DNA of 64,000 nt from Candidatus Spongiisociaceae bacterium. GTDB lineage: Bacteria > Actinomycetota > Acidimicrobiia > Spongiisociales > Spongiisociaceae. The notes under the pieces were generated by a model. That model did no database searches. It saw only the letters and a list, made by a program, of their open reading frames with translations, and was not told the DNA's origin. Where the stretch lies: the NCBI GenBank assembly GCA_965262915.1, contig OZ253564.1, positions 1,984,001 through 2,048,000 on the forward strand, given 5' to 3'. Below, one piece after another: positions 38,786 to 47,277 of the stretch (within the stretch, counting starts at the first letter, position 1; every line of letters starts with the position of its first letter). The position numbers and the translations under genes were made by a program.

Positions 38786-41700
38786 CTATAGGTAGGCCCG
38801 CCCATCTTCGGTGATCCCCAGGGTCTCGTAAGCTGTCCCGTCGTACTCGTTCTCCGTGGTGATTGCCAGGCCCTCCTCTACCAACTGGTCTATGAGCTGC
38901 TCCACGCCATCCGTACCCAGAATGGACAGCCGCCCGAATGCCGGATGCTTCTTGAGCCTCTCCGGAAGTCCGTACGTTTTGCCGACAAGGGTTCGGACCA
39001 GGTTCCGGTGTGAGTAGGGCTGGTGGGTGTCGTAGAGCAGCTGCAGGACGACGGTGCGCTTCGGCAGGGAGGTGAGTATGGCTTCCTCGGTGACGTGGCT
39101 TCCGGCCCAGGGGCGGTCGAGCGAAGCGCATAGGTCGCATCGCCCGCACTCCTCAGATACATCGGCGTCCAGGTAGTCGAGCATCGCTCGACGGCGACAA
39201 CCATGTGCACGGAGGGCGAACCTCTTGGCGCGCTTCGACTTCTCGGCTACCACCTTCTGACGGTCCTTGACCTTCTCGTCGATCGCCCCCCAGTCCGGTT
39301 CGGAGAGTCGCTCCAACACCCAGGCGTACTTCCAGGCGCTGAACCCGAGGATGTCCCGTCGGTTGAGTTCCAGTAGGTCGGCGGCTATCCGCGCAGGCGG
39401 TCGGCCCAGCTGCTGTCCCCAGGTCGCAGCTCGGTATTCTTCGCTTCCGAGACGTTCGACCAGGCGGACCAATTCCCGCCCTCGTCTCGCCAGTTTTGGA
39501 TGTGCCACCTCCAATTCCTCGATCTCCCGCTCCGTAGTGCCCGTGATCGACACGCGCCCACGCCACACGGTGTCGAGGTGCCGTTGCAGCCCGCCTGCTT
39601 CTTGCAGATAGTGGACGGCCAAGGCGAGGCCCACGTTCCCTCGGTCGGTCTCATCGTCGCCTCCGTCGAGTTCATCGGGGTCGTAGGGGTTGGTTCCTGT
39701 TCGAATCCGCGACCAGACTCGCCGCACCTGCCCCGGGGCGGGGGCGGCGCCTCGGATGAAGTTCCTATGGATCGAACAGTCACCGGGCATCGTCAGCAGG
39801 ACCGCGGCGCCGGTCTTCGGCTCTTTGCCTTCGATGGCGCCTCGCGCCGCCCGTCCGGTTTCCTGGACGTACTCCTCGATGGTGGCGGGCATCTCGAGAT
39901 GGACGATCAGGGCTATATCGGGCTTGTCGATCCCCATCCCGAATGCCTTGGTGGCCACCACCACGTTCACCTCGCCGTGACGGAAGGCGTCCTCCACATG
40001 CCGGCGAGCCGGAGTCTCCATCCCGCCGTTGTACGGTCGGGCGTAGAGGCCGGCCGCCGTCAGTAGCCCGGCGATCCGGGTGGTGTCCTTGCGAGTAGGA
40101 ACGTAGACGATCGCGGGCTGGGAACGGAACGCCTCCACGATCTGGACCACCCGCAGATCCCGATCTTTGCGATCCCTGCATCGTTCGGTGTAGTAGCGGA
40201 TTTCGGGTCGGTCGGGGGAGAGGACGACCGCGTCGCCGGTCAGTTCCAGTTGGAGCGACCGCCGGACATCCTGGCGTACCTCCTCGGTGGCGGTGGCGGT
40301 CACCGCCAGGATCGGGGGACGCCGAGGCCCGTGCCGCTGTGTTGCGGATCGCTGCGCTCTGATGCGGTTCAGGGCTTGCGGGATGGTGGCGTATTCGGGC
40401 CGGAAGGAGTGACCCCACTGGGAGATGCAGTGTGCTTCGTCCACTGCGATCCTCGCCACCCCGATCCCCGATAACGTCTCGACGAACTCCTGGGACCAGA
40501 GCCGCTCCGGGCTGACGTACAGCAGCTTGTAATCGCCCCGCGCGGCGCCCCGGAGGACATCCCGCCACTCCCCCTGACCGACACCGCTGTGGATGGTGGC
40601 GACCTTGGCGATTCCGCGCGCTCGTAGGTTCTCGACTTGGTCGTTCATCAGGGCCCGCAGGGGTGAAATCACCAGGGTCAGCCCGGGAGAGAGGAGAGCA
40701 GGGATCTGGAAGGTGATCGACTTCCCCGATCCGGTGGGCAGCACGGCCAGGACATCGTCACCGCGGATGAAGGCCCCCATGGTCTCGCGTTGACCGGGTC
40801 GCCATCGCTCGAAACCGAACCGCCTCCGCACCTCGTCGAGCCGGTGCGCTATCATCTCATGGTCGGCGAGGTCGGCGTCGACCAGTTCCAATTCGGTGAG
40901 ATCGGCCCAAGGGTCGGCGCTGGTGATGGTCCGGAGCCGCTGCCGCATCTGTTCGTCGAAGGCTATGTCGCCCAGGTGCTCGGCGATCTGCCGATAGGCA
41001 TCCTCGGGCCGATTGGCCCTTCCCAGTCGGGGCGGGCCGGGCAGGGTCGCCAAGATTCTGTCCCGATACGGCACCGCCCGGCACAGCCGGTTGTCCAGCA
41101 CCACCGTGACTCCCCGGTCGTCCTCCGCCCTGATGAGGCGACCGACGCCTTGGGCGAACCGAAGGGCCGCTCTCGGCACCATGTAGTCGGCGAAAGGATC
41201 CTTCCCTCGGCGTTCCATGACCTCCATCCGGGCGCCCACAACCGGGTCGGCCGGGGAGTCGAACGGGATCTTCTCGATTATGAGCAGGCTCAGGGCTTCG
41301 CCGGGTATGTCCACCCCCTCCCAGAAGGATCGAAGGGCGAGGAGGCTGTTAGCCTGCTCCCGGCGCATTCTTTCCACCAGAGCGCCAGCCGAGTCGTCGC
41401 CCTGGGCCATCAATGGAATACCGCGGGCATCGAGGATGGGCCGTGCGTGATCCCGCACGAACTCCAACCGGTCTCGAGCGGTCATAAGGACCATTCCGCG
41501 ACCGTTCGTGAGGGTGAGAAGGCGCGGGATCTCCCCGGCGGCGGAGACCCTGAACTCCTCGATCAGCCGCGCCCGGGGAGCGGGCAGGTAGTCGGTCCGC
41601 AGCACCAGGTGGTTCTCGGCAAGCCGGGTGAACGGGCTGTCCAGAGCGGTGGGCCTCACCGCACCCAAGCCGAGAGTGTCGATCACATGGGCGAAACTGT

Positions 41701-43807
41701 CGCGCACCCTGAGGGTTGCCGAGGTCAGTATCGCGGCCTCGAGTGAGTTCCAGATGATCCGCAGACTGTGGGCGACCGATACCGGTGAACGTCGCAGCTC
41801 CCATGTCCAACCATCCTCGGTGTGGCCGATCTCTCCGATGGCGATCCACTTCTCCGGGTCGTAGGCTCTCAGTATCCGGCCGATTGTCCGGGAGGCCTCC
41901 CGAGCGTGACGTCCGAGCCGCCTGACCTCGCTCTCCATCCGGTGGCGGCGGTAGCGGCCCGCCAGGTCTTTGGGAAGGTTCACCCGGTTCAGCGCGTCGG
42001 CTATACCTCGCAGGGCTTGCCCGAGGTGCTTGCCGGCCCGGAGGACGCATCCGTATTCGGGGTGGTCGGTATCGATCCCGGGGCGGATGCGGTACGAAGC
42101 CGGGTGCTTATGGTCCTGTCGGGCGCCCGTGCGGACACGTAGGTATTCCACCAACGCCTTTCCGAAGCTCGCCGAGGCATCGTGCGCCGACGCCACCGTC
42201 TTGCGGATCTCGCCCAGGGGTTGCTCTCGCAGAGACCACTTGGCGGCGTTGGCCAAGCGTGTCACTGTTCCGCGACGGTGTTGCGGATCCCACAGTGCGT
42301 CGCACAGGGTCAGGAGGTCGTCCTCGGACACCGCCTCGGAGAGGGCATCAGTGGCGGCATCCTCCAAGTTGTGAGCCTCGTCCAGTATCAGCCGTTTCGA
42401 GTGATCGAGCCAGTCGTCCCAGCTCACGAGGAGGGCGTGGTTGAGGACGGCCACGTGGGCGTTGCGTAGCCCCTCGCGGGCCCGGCGGTGGAAGTCGAGA
42501 CGATCGAGAGGACCCCACGTCGGCCGCGACGAGTTCTCCACTTGGAGCAGGAGACGGAAACGTCGTAGGACCTTCAGCCTTTTCTCGATAGCTCCGGCAC
42601 GGAGATCGCTCCAGTCGCCGGTGGGTGTCTGTGCAACCCACGCGCAGATCATGGCGAGAGTAAGTCCGATGTCCTGCGTGTACTCCCCGGGGGATTCCGC
42701 CAAGGCATCGAGTTCTCCGGCGAGCGAGTCCAGGCTGATGTAGTTGTGCTGACCTTTGAGAAGAACCGAGATGAACGGATCGATTTCGGTTCCGAGTTCC
42801 TCCAGGGCGGCCATCACCTGTTCTTGGAGGACCTTGGAGTGGGGGGCGACGATCACGGTGTCACCGCCGGCGCGGGCGTACTCGATCGCCGGGACCAGGT
42901 AGGCGAGAGTCTTGCCTGTGCCGGTGGGCGCCTCGATCAAGTGTTTGCCTCCCTTGCCCTGGGCAAGGGTGATGGCGATATGCCGCGCCATCTCGATCTG
43001 CTGTTTTCTGGGTTGGCGCGTCCGAGCCATCAAGACGCCGCCCTCTTCGAACTTCTCGACTACCGCATCGACGTCGAAGACTCCCGTAGGAGGGTGGCGG
43101 TCCGGCGGCTCGTACGAGGCGACCGTGTCCTCAAGGGCACCAGGTTCCGGTTGTGCTGTCAGGAAACCTGCCCAGGGATGGTTTACGGCGCCGAGCAACC
43201 AACGCTGCAACCGGCGCGCCGGGTCGTCTTCCTCCATATGCGCGAGCAACCGGGTAAGCACCCTGCTCAATAGCCGTGCGTCGTTGAGGGCGCGGTGTCG
43301 ATCGCGGGGGTCGTCCTCGAATAGATGCCCGGTCAACTCGTCGAGGCTTCGGCCCGCCGGCGGACAGCTACCGTCGACGTTCGCGGTGAGACCTTTACCG
43401 GCGCGGGGGAAGACCAGATGAGCCAACTCGAGGGTGTCGAGACGAGTCGTGTCCGGCGGGGATAACCCAGTCTTCTCTGCGGCCGAATCGAGGAGTGGAA
43501 AGTCGTATCCGAAACCATTGTGGGCGATCAGGGGACGGTCTCCCACGTAGTCGTAGAAATCCCGCAAGGCCTCGGCGAGCACCGGCGCCGAGGCGAGTTG
43601 GTCATCGGTGATCCCGGTGAGTTCCCGTGTGAACTCCCGCAAGGGCCGTGTCGGTCGGACCAGGGTTGCGAATCTGTCGATCGCCGTTTCGTCGGAGATG
43701 AGGATGGCGCCGATCTCGATGATCTCGTGCTCCGGAGGATCGGACCGATCGGCGTTGGCCTCCAAGTCGAAGACGACGTATTCGGTGATGCGTTGCGGTT
43801 CTGGCAT
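38786..43807 (-). CDS. DEDDh 3'-5' exonuclease / DinG-type helicase / RecQ-type helicase triple fusion
   Basis: Exo: VFDLEAN, AHNGFGYDF, HRALNDA. DinG: EAPTGTGKT, LDEAHNL, TSATL, FWEGVDIPG, QGVGRLIR. RecQ: VLPTGSGKS, VDEAHCISQWGHSFRPEY, ATKAFGMGIDKPD, QETGRAAR, CRR...CGRCDLC. Confidence 0.9.
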   Translation of the reverse strand: MPEPQRITEYVVFDLEANADRSDPPEHEIIEIGAILISDETAIDRFATLVRPTRPLREFTRELTGITDDQLASAPVLAEALRDFYDYVGDRPLIAHNGFGYDFPLLDSAAEKTGLSPPDTTRLDTLELAHLVFPRAGKGLTANVDGSCPPAGRSLDELTGHLFEDDPRDRHRALNDARLLSRVLTRLLAHMEEDDPARRLQRWLLGAVNHPWAGFLTAQPEPGALEDTVASYEPPDRHPPTGVFDVDAVVEKFEEGGVLMARTRQPRKQQIEMARHIAITLAQGKGGKHLIEAPTGTGKTLAYLVPAIEYARAGGDTVIVAPHSKVLQEQVMAALEELGTEIDPFISVLLKGQHNYISLDSLAGELDALAESPGEYTQDIGLTLAMICAWVAQTPTGDWSDLRAGAIEKRLKVLRRFRLLLQVENSSRPTWGPLDRLDFHRRAREGLRNAHVAVLNHALLVSWDDWLDHSKRLILDEAHNLEDAATDALSEAVSEDDLLTLCDALWDPQHRRGTVTRLANAAKWSLREQPLGEIRKTVASAHDASASFGKALVEYLRVRTGARQDHKHPASYRIRPGIDTDHPEYGCVLRAGKHLGQALRGIADALNRVNLPKDLAGRYRRHRMESEVRRLGRHAREASRTIGRILRAYDPEKWIAIGEIGHTEDGWTWELRRSPVSVAHSLRIIWNSLEAAILTSATLRVRDSFAHVIDTLGLGAVRPTALDSPFTRLAENHLVLRTDYLPAPRARLIEEFRVSAAGEIPRLLTLTNGRGMVLMTARDRLEFVRDHARPILDARGIPLMAQGDDSAGALVERMRREQANSLLALRSFWEGVDIPGEALSLLIIEKIPFDSPADPVVGARMEVMERRGKDPFADYMVPRAALRFAQGVGRLIRAEDDRGVTVVLDNRLCRAVPYRDRILATLPGPPRLGRANRPEDAYRQIAEHLGDIAFDEQMRQRLRTITSADPWADLTELELVDADLADHEMIAHRLDEVRRRFGFERWRPGQRETMGAFIRGDDVLAVLPTGSGKSITFQIPALLSPGLTLVISPLRALMNDQVENLRARGIAKVATIHSGVGQGEWRDVLRGAARGDYKLLYVSPERLWSQEFVETLSGIGVARIAVDEAHCISQWGHSFRPEYATIPQALNRIRAQRSATQRHGPRRPPILAVTATATEEVRQDVRRSLQLELTGDAVVLSPDRPEIRYYTERCRDRKDRDLRVVQIVEAFRSQPAIVYVPTRKDTTRIAGLLTAAGLYARPYNGGMETPARRHVEDAFRHGEVNVVVATKAFGMGIDKPDIALIVHLEMPATIEEYVQETGRAARGAIEGKEPKTGAAVLLTMPGDCSIHRNFIRGAAPAPGQVRRVWSRIRTGTNPYDPDELDGGDDETDRGNVGLALAVHYLQEAGGLQRHLDTVWRGRVSITGTTEREIEELEVAHPKLARRGRELVRLVERLGSEEYRAATWGQQLGRPPARIAADLLELNRRDILGFSAWKYAWVLERLSEPDWGAIDEKVKDRQKVVAEKSKRAKRFALRAHGCRRRAMLDYLDADVSEECGRCDLCASLDRPWAGSHVTEEAILTSLPKRTVVLQLLYDTHQPYSHRNLVRTLVGKTYGLPERLKKHPAFGRLSILGTDGVEQLIDQLVEEGLAITTENEYDGTAYETLGITEDGRAYL

Positions 43808-43879
43808 GCCGTCGGCAGGCTATCAGGCACTCGTCTTCGGAGACGTAGACGGGTCACTGCGTTCTCACCGCGTCAAAGA

Positions 43880-43967
43880 CCGTAACCGTGATGATGCTCA
43901 TGGCGCCCCGGCCCCTGGGGTTGCCGGTGGTCGTTGTCGACCTTTCTTCAACCCCCTGACACTGTGA
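43880..43967 (+). repeat. eroded third copy of the rseP 3' end
   Basis: TCAACCCCCTGACACTGTGA (43948-67) matches 36905-36924 at 19/20; weaker similarity upstream (GTGATGATGCTCATG...GTGGTCGTTGTCGAC). Confidence 0.75.
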
Positions 43968-44092
43968 CGGCCGGTGGTCGGTGACCTGTGACGGGTGCAT
44001 GGTTCACGTACTCGTCGGACGCCGCGGCTACCATCAACTACGGAACCGGCACTCCACCGGTGGCGTGATACACCAGAAGTCACACTATCCCC

Positions 44093-44166
44093 GCCCATGT
44101 AGCTCAGGGGATAGAGCAACTGCCTCCTGAGCAGTAGGGTCGCAGGTTCGAGTCCTACCGAAGGCA
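44093..44166 (+). tRNA. tRNA-Arg (anticodon CCT), degenerate, probable pseudo-tRNA
   Basis: D arm GCTC-AGGGGATA-GAGC, anticodon arm ACTGC-CTCCTGA-GCAGT, T loop TTCGAGT; two mismatches in the acceptor stem (GCCCATG/CGAAGGC) and one in the T stem. Confidence 0.75.
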
Positions 44167-44185
44167 CTTCCTGAATTCGAGCGGA

Positions 44186-44321
44186 GCATGGTTGACCACC
44201 TCCAGCAGACGGTGCCCGTTGATAACGGGGGTTATAACGGTCTATGTAGCGGCGTGGACGGGATACGGCCTAGCAACGGGAGCCGGCCACGTCTTCCCGT
44301 ATCTCGCGTGGATGGTCCTGG
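44186..44321 (+). pseudogene. truncated diverged paralog of the 44890 membrane protein (N-terminus only)
   Basis: WLTTSSRRCPLITGVITVYVAAWTGYGLATGAGHVFPYLAWMV vs WFTTGVRRHPWLAGLTVAYVAVWTAYGLVTGTGQVYTYLAWMI. Confidence 0.8.
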
Positions 44322-44828
44322 CCGGCGACCGGGGAGGCGGCCGGCTTCCTGGGGGTGTCCCCGGGTGCGCGCCGCGTTGCGGTCGGCCCGGTCCGGGCCG
44401 CCGGCCTGGCTTCCAGAGCCGAGTGGTCGATCATGACCGGCACCATCGAGGCGGTGGGGCGGATCCTGAGACCGGAGTCGTTGGTGGAGCTGGGGGGTGC
44501 GCTGGCGGGCCGGAGCGACGTGTCGGACGAGATACGACCGGTCAGCCCGATCGGCCTGGTGCAGATCGGAGCCCAGGTTTCCCGGGTGGGGATCGGGAAC
44601 ATCGTCTTCCTCCTGGCGGTGGTGAACGTGACGCTGGCTATTTTCAACAGCCTTCCGCTCTATCCCCTGGACGGCGGTCACTTCGCGGTGGCCCTGTACG
44701 AGAAGGTGACCCGGCGACGGGTGGACGTCCGCCGTCTCATCCCGTTGGCGGTGGCGGTGGTGATGCTGATGCTGTTCCTCGGGCTGGTGGCCGTGGTCCT
44801 CGACATCGTCAACCCCCTCACGCTATGA
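44322..44828 (+). repeat. 507-bp direct repeat, copy B (5'-truncated rseP)
   Basis: near-identical to 36418-36924; ends CTCACGCTATGA. Confidence 0.95.
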
Positions 44829-44889
44829 CGCCTGCCGTGAGCCCGCCGGTTCGAGCCCCGTCGGCTACCCGAACTCGTGGGGGCGCCCG

Positions 44890-45492
44890 GTGAGCGCGCG
44901 GGGAGGATGGTTCACGACAGGCGTCCGGCGGCACCCCTGGCTGGCCGGCCTCACGGTGGCCTACGTGGCGGTATGGACGGCCTACGGTCTCGTGACGGGT
45001 ACCGGCCAGGTCTACACCTACCTCGCCTGGATGATCTGTGCTGTCGGCCTCGTGATGTACGTCGACCGCCGGGTCCGCTTCTCCACCCATGTGCTGGTGT
45101 TGCTCTGCATCGTCGGGTTCTGCCACATGGCCGGAGGCAACGTCTACATCGAGGGGGTCATCCTCTACGAGCAGACCTGGTGGGGATACATCCGCTACGA
45201 CCACCTGGTCCACGCCTTCGGTCTGGGATCGGCCGGGCTGGCCGTCTGGGAGGCCACCCGCCGCATGCTGTCCACCGCCGGTCCCTGGAGCGTCGCGGTG
45301 GTGGTGGTCCTGGGTGCCAACACGGTCGGGGCCTGCATCGAGATCGGGGAGTACCTAGCCAGCCTGCTCATCCCGGGCGTCAGAGTGGGCGGTTATGCCA
45401 ACAACATGCAGGACCTGATAGCCAACCTGGCGGGAGCCCTGGTAGCCGCCTGGTGGGCTGCCCGGGCATCGCGCCGGACGCCCCTCTCCTGA
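44890..45492 (+). CDS. DUF2238-like multi-pass membrane protein
   Basis: hydrophobic helices; HMAGG, RYDHLVHAFG, EIGEY, GGYANNMQDL.AN..G. Confidence 0.65.
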   Translation: MSARGGWFTTGVRRHPWLAGLTVAYVAVWTAYGLVTGTGQVYTYLAWMICAVGLVMYVDRRVRFSTHVLVLLCIVGFCHMAGGNVYIEGVILYEQTWWGYIRYDHLVHAFGLGSAGLAVWEATRRMLSTAGPWSVAVVVVLGANTVGACIEIGEYLASLLIPGVRVGGYANNMQDLIANLAGALVAAWWAARASRRTPLS

Positions 45493-45987
45493 ACTGTGGC
45501 ATGGTGTGTCTCCCGGGGCGACGTGTATTAGGGTTGTTGGACGCGTGTGAGTTCGCTAATATAGCGATAATAATCACCAGCAAGCATTACACGACTATCA
45601 GGAAGATATGTAAGAATCTCGCACCGGGATCTGGGGATTACCCTGAACACCGGCGATCATTGCCGACTTTTCAGGGGAGCATAGGATGGCTACCGTTACG
45701 GAGCATCTGGTCGATGCCAGGGACGAAGCACGCTAGGCCGAAGTACGGACGGACATAGCGAAGCGCCTTGCTCGAGATCGAGAAAGGCCACAACAGGTTC
45801 CTGAGCCGGCTCTACACGATGGCTATAAGGTATTCTGCTGACAGTGATCGGTGTTATGGCTTCGATCGTGCTAGCGCTCATCGACATTTGATCGTAGGAC
45901 CACCGGGGTCCCGCGCAACCGACGTCGGCAGGGTCACCGACACTCTGTCTAGGCTGACATGCCCTCCGACGTTACACTCGGTAGTTG

Positions 45988-47199
45988 ATGAACCATCGTG
46001 ACGGGACCAGGCAGATTCGTGTAGGCCGGGTGCCGGTGGGCGGCGGTGCCCCGGTCTCCGTCCAGTCGATGACCACGACCAAGACCGCGGACGTGGACAA
46101 CACGCTCGCCCAGGTGTATGCGCTGGCCGCGAGCGGGGCGGATATCGTGCGCATAACGTGTAACGACGCGGGTGCCGCGCAGGGCTTGGCCGAGATCGTT
46201 CCCCGCTCGCCGGTTCCGATCATCGCGGACATCCACTACCAGTACCGGCTGGCCTTGGCGGCGATGGAAGCAGGGGTGCAGGGACTGAGGCTCAACCCGG
46301 GCAACATCCGCAAGCCGCATCAGATCCGTGCGGTGGCCAGGGAGGCGAAGGACCGCGGCCTTCCCATCCGGGTAGGAGTGAACGCGGGGAGTCTCGACCG
46401 CGACCTGATGGCCCGATTCGGTTCGGCTACGCCGGAAGCGCTGGTGGCATCAGCGCTCAAGGAGATCGAGTACCTGGCCGAGGAGGACTTCGAGGACATC
46501 AAGATCTCGGTGAAGCATTCCCACGTGCCAACGATGGTCGACTCCTACCGGCTTCTGGCCGATACCCTCGATTACCCGCTGCACCTCGGTGTGACCGAGG
46601 CGGGGCCTCCCCCGGGTGGCCTCATCAAGTCGGTGGCCGGCATAGCGACCCTTCTGCTCGAAGGGATCGGGGACACCATCCGCTTCTCTCTCACTGCGGA
46701 TCCGGTGGAGGAGGCCAAGGCAGGCAGGCAGTTGCTCGAGTACCTCGATCTGCGTGAGCGAACCGGGCTGGACCTGATCGCCTGCCCGAGTTGCGGAAGG
46801 GCCGAGGTGGATGTGCTCGAGGTGGCGCAGTCGGCACAGGCCAAGCTCGAGGAGGCCGAACTCCCGATCCAGGTGGCCGTGATGGGCTGCGTGGTCAACG
46901 GTCCGGGCGAGGCGCGCGAGGCGGACATAGGAATAGCCGCCGGACGGGGAAGAGGGCACCTGTTCATAAAGGGCAAGGTGGTGCGGGTGGTACCGGAGGC
47001 GGAGATGGTGGACGCCTTGCTGGACGAGGCCCGCAAGCTGGTCGAGGAGGGAGTGGAGGCCAGGGTGGCGGCTGCCGATCGAACTGCGGCCGGGGTAGCC
47101 GCCCGTGATCGGCGGGCGTTGCTGCAGATCCAGGGGGACGCCAACCAGGCGGCGGTTCGGCGGGCGGCGGTGGCGAGTGTGGCGGCGCGGGATCGCTGA
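45988..47199 (+). CDS. ispG: 4-hydroxy-3-methylbut-2-en-1-yl diphosphate synthase
   Basis: VQSMTTT.T, ADIHY, RLNPGNI, LHLGVTEAG, CPSCGR, MGCVVNGPGE. Confidence 0.97.
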   Translation: MNHRDGTRQIRVGRVPVGGGAPVSVQSMTTTKTADVDNTLAQVYALAASGADIVRITCNDAGAAQGLAEIVPRSPVPIIADIHYQYRLALAAMEAGVQGLRLNPGNIRKPHQIRAVAREAKDRGLPIRVGVNAGSLDRDLMARFGSATPEALVASALKEIEYLAEEDFEDIKISVKHSHVPTMVDSYRLLADTLDYPLHLGVTEAGPPPGGLIKSVAGIATLLLEGIGDTIRFSLTADPVEEAKAGRQLLEYLDLRERTGLDLIACPSCGRAEVDVLEVAQSAQAKLEEAELPIQVAVMGCVVNGPGEAREADIGIAAGRGRGHLFIKGKVVRVVPEAEMVDALLDEARKLVEEGVEARVAAADRTAAGVAARDRRALLQIQGDANQAAVRRAAVASVAARDR

Positions 47200-47277
47200 A
47201 CGCCGTCCCGGGCGAGCCGACCGGCGCGCCCCCCGCGATCATCTAACCTGCCGAGGCGTACCCTCTTAGGAGCCGCC

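Noticed and set aside
44192-44893. 233-aa ORF as a novel fusion protein
   Set aside because: It is the truncated membrane-gene paralog running out of frame into the duplicated rseP segment.
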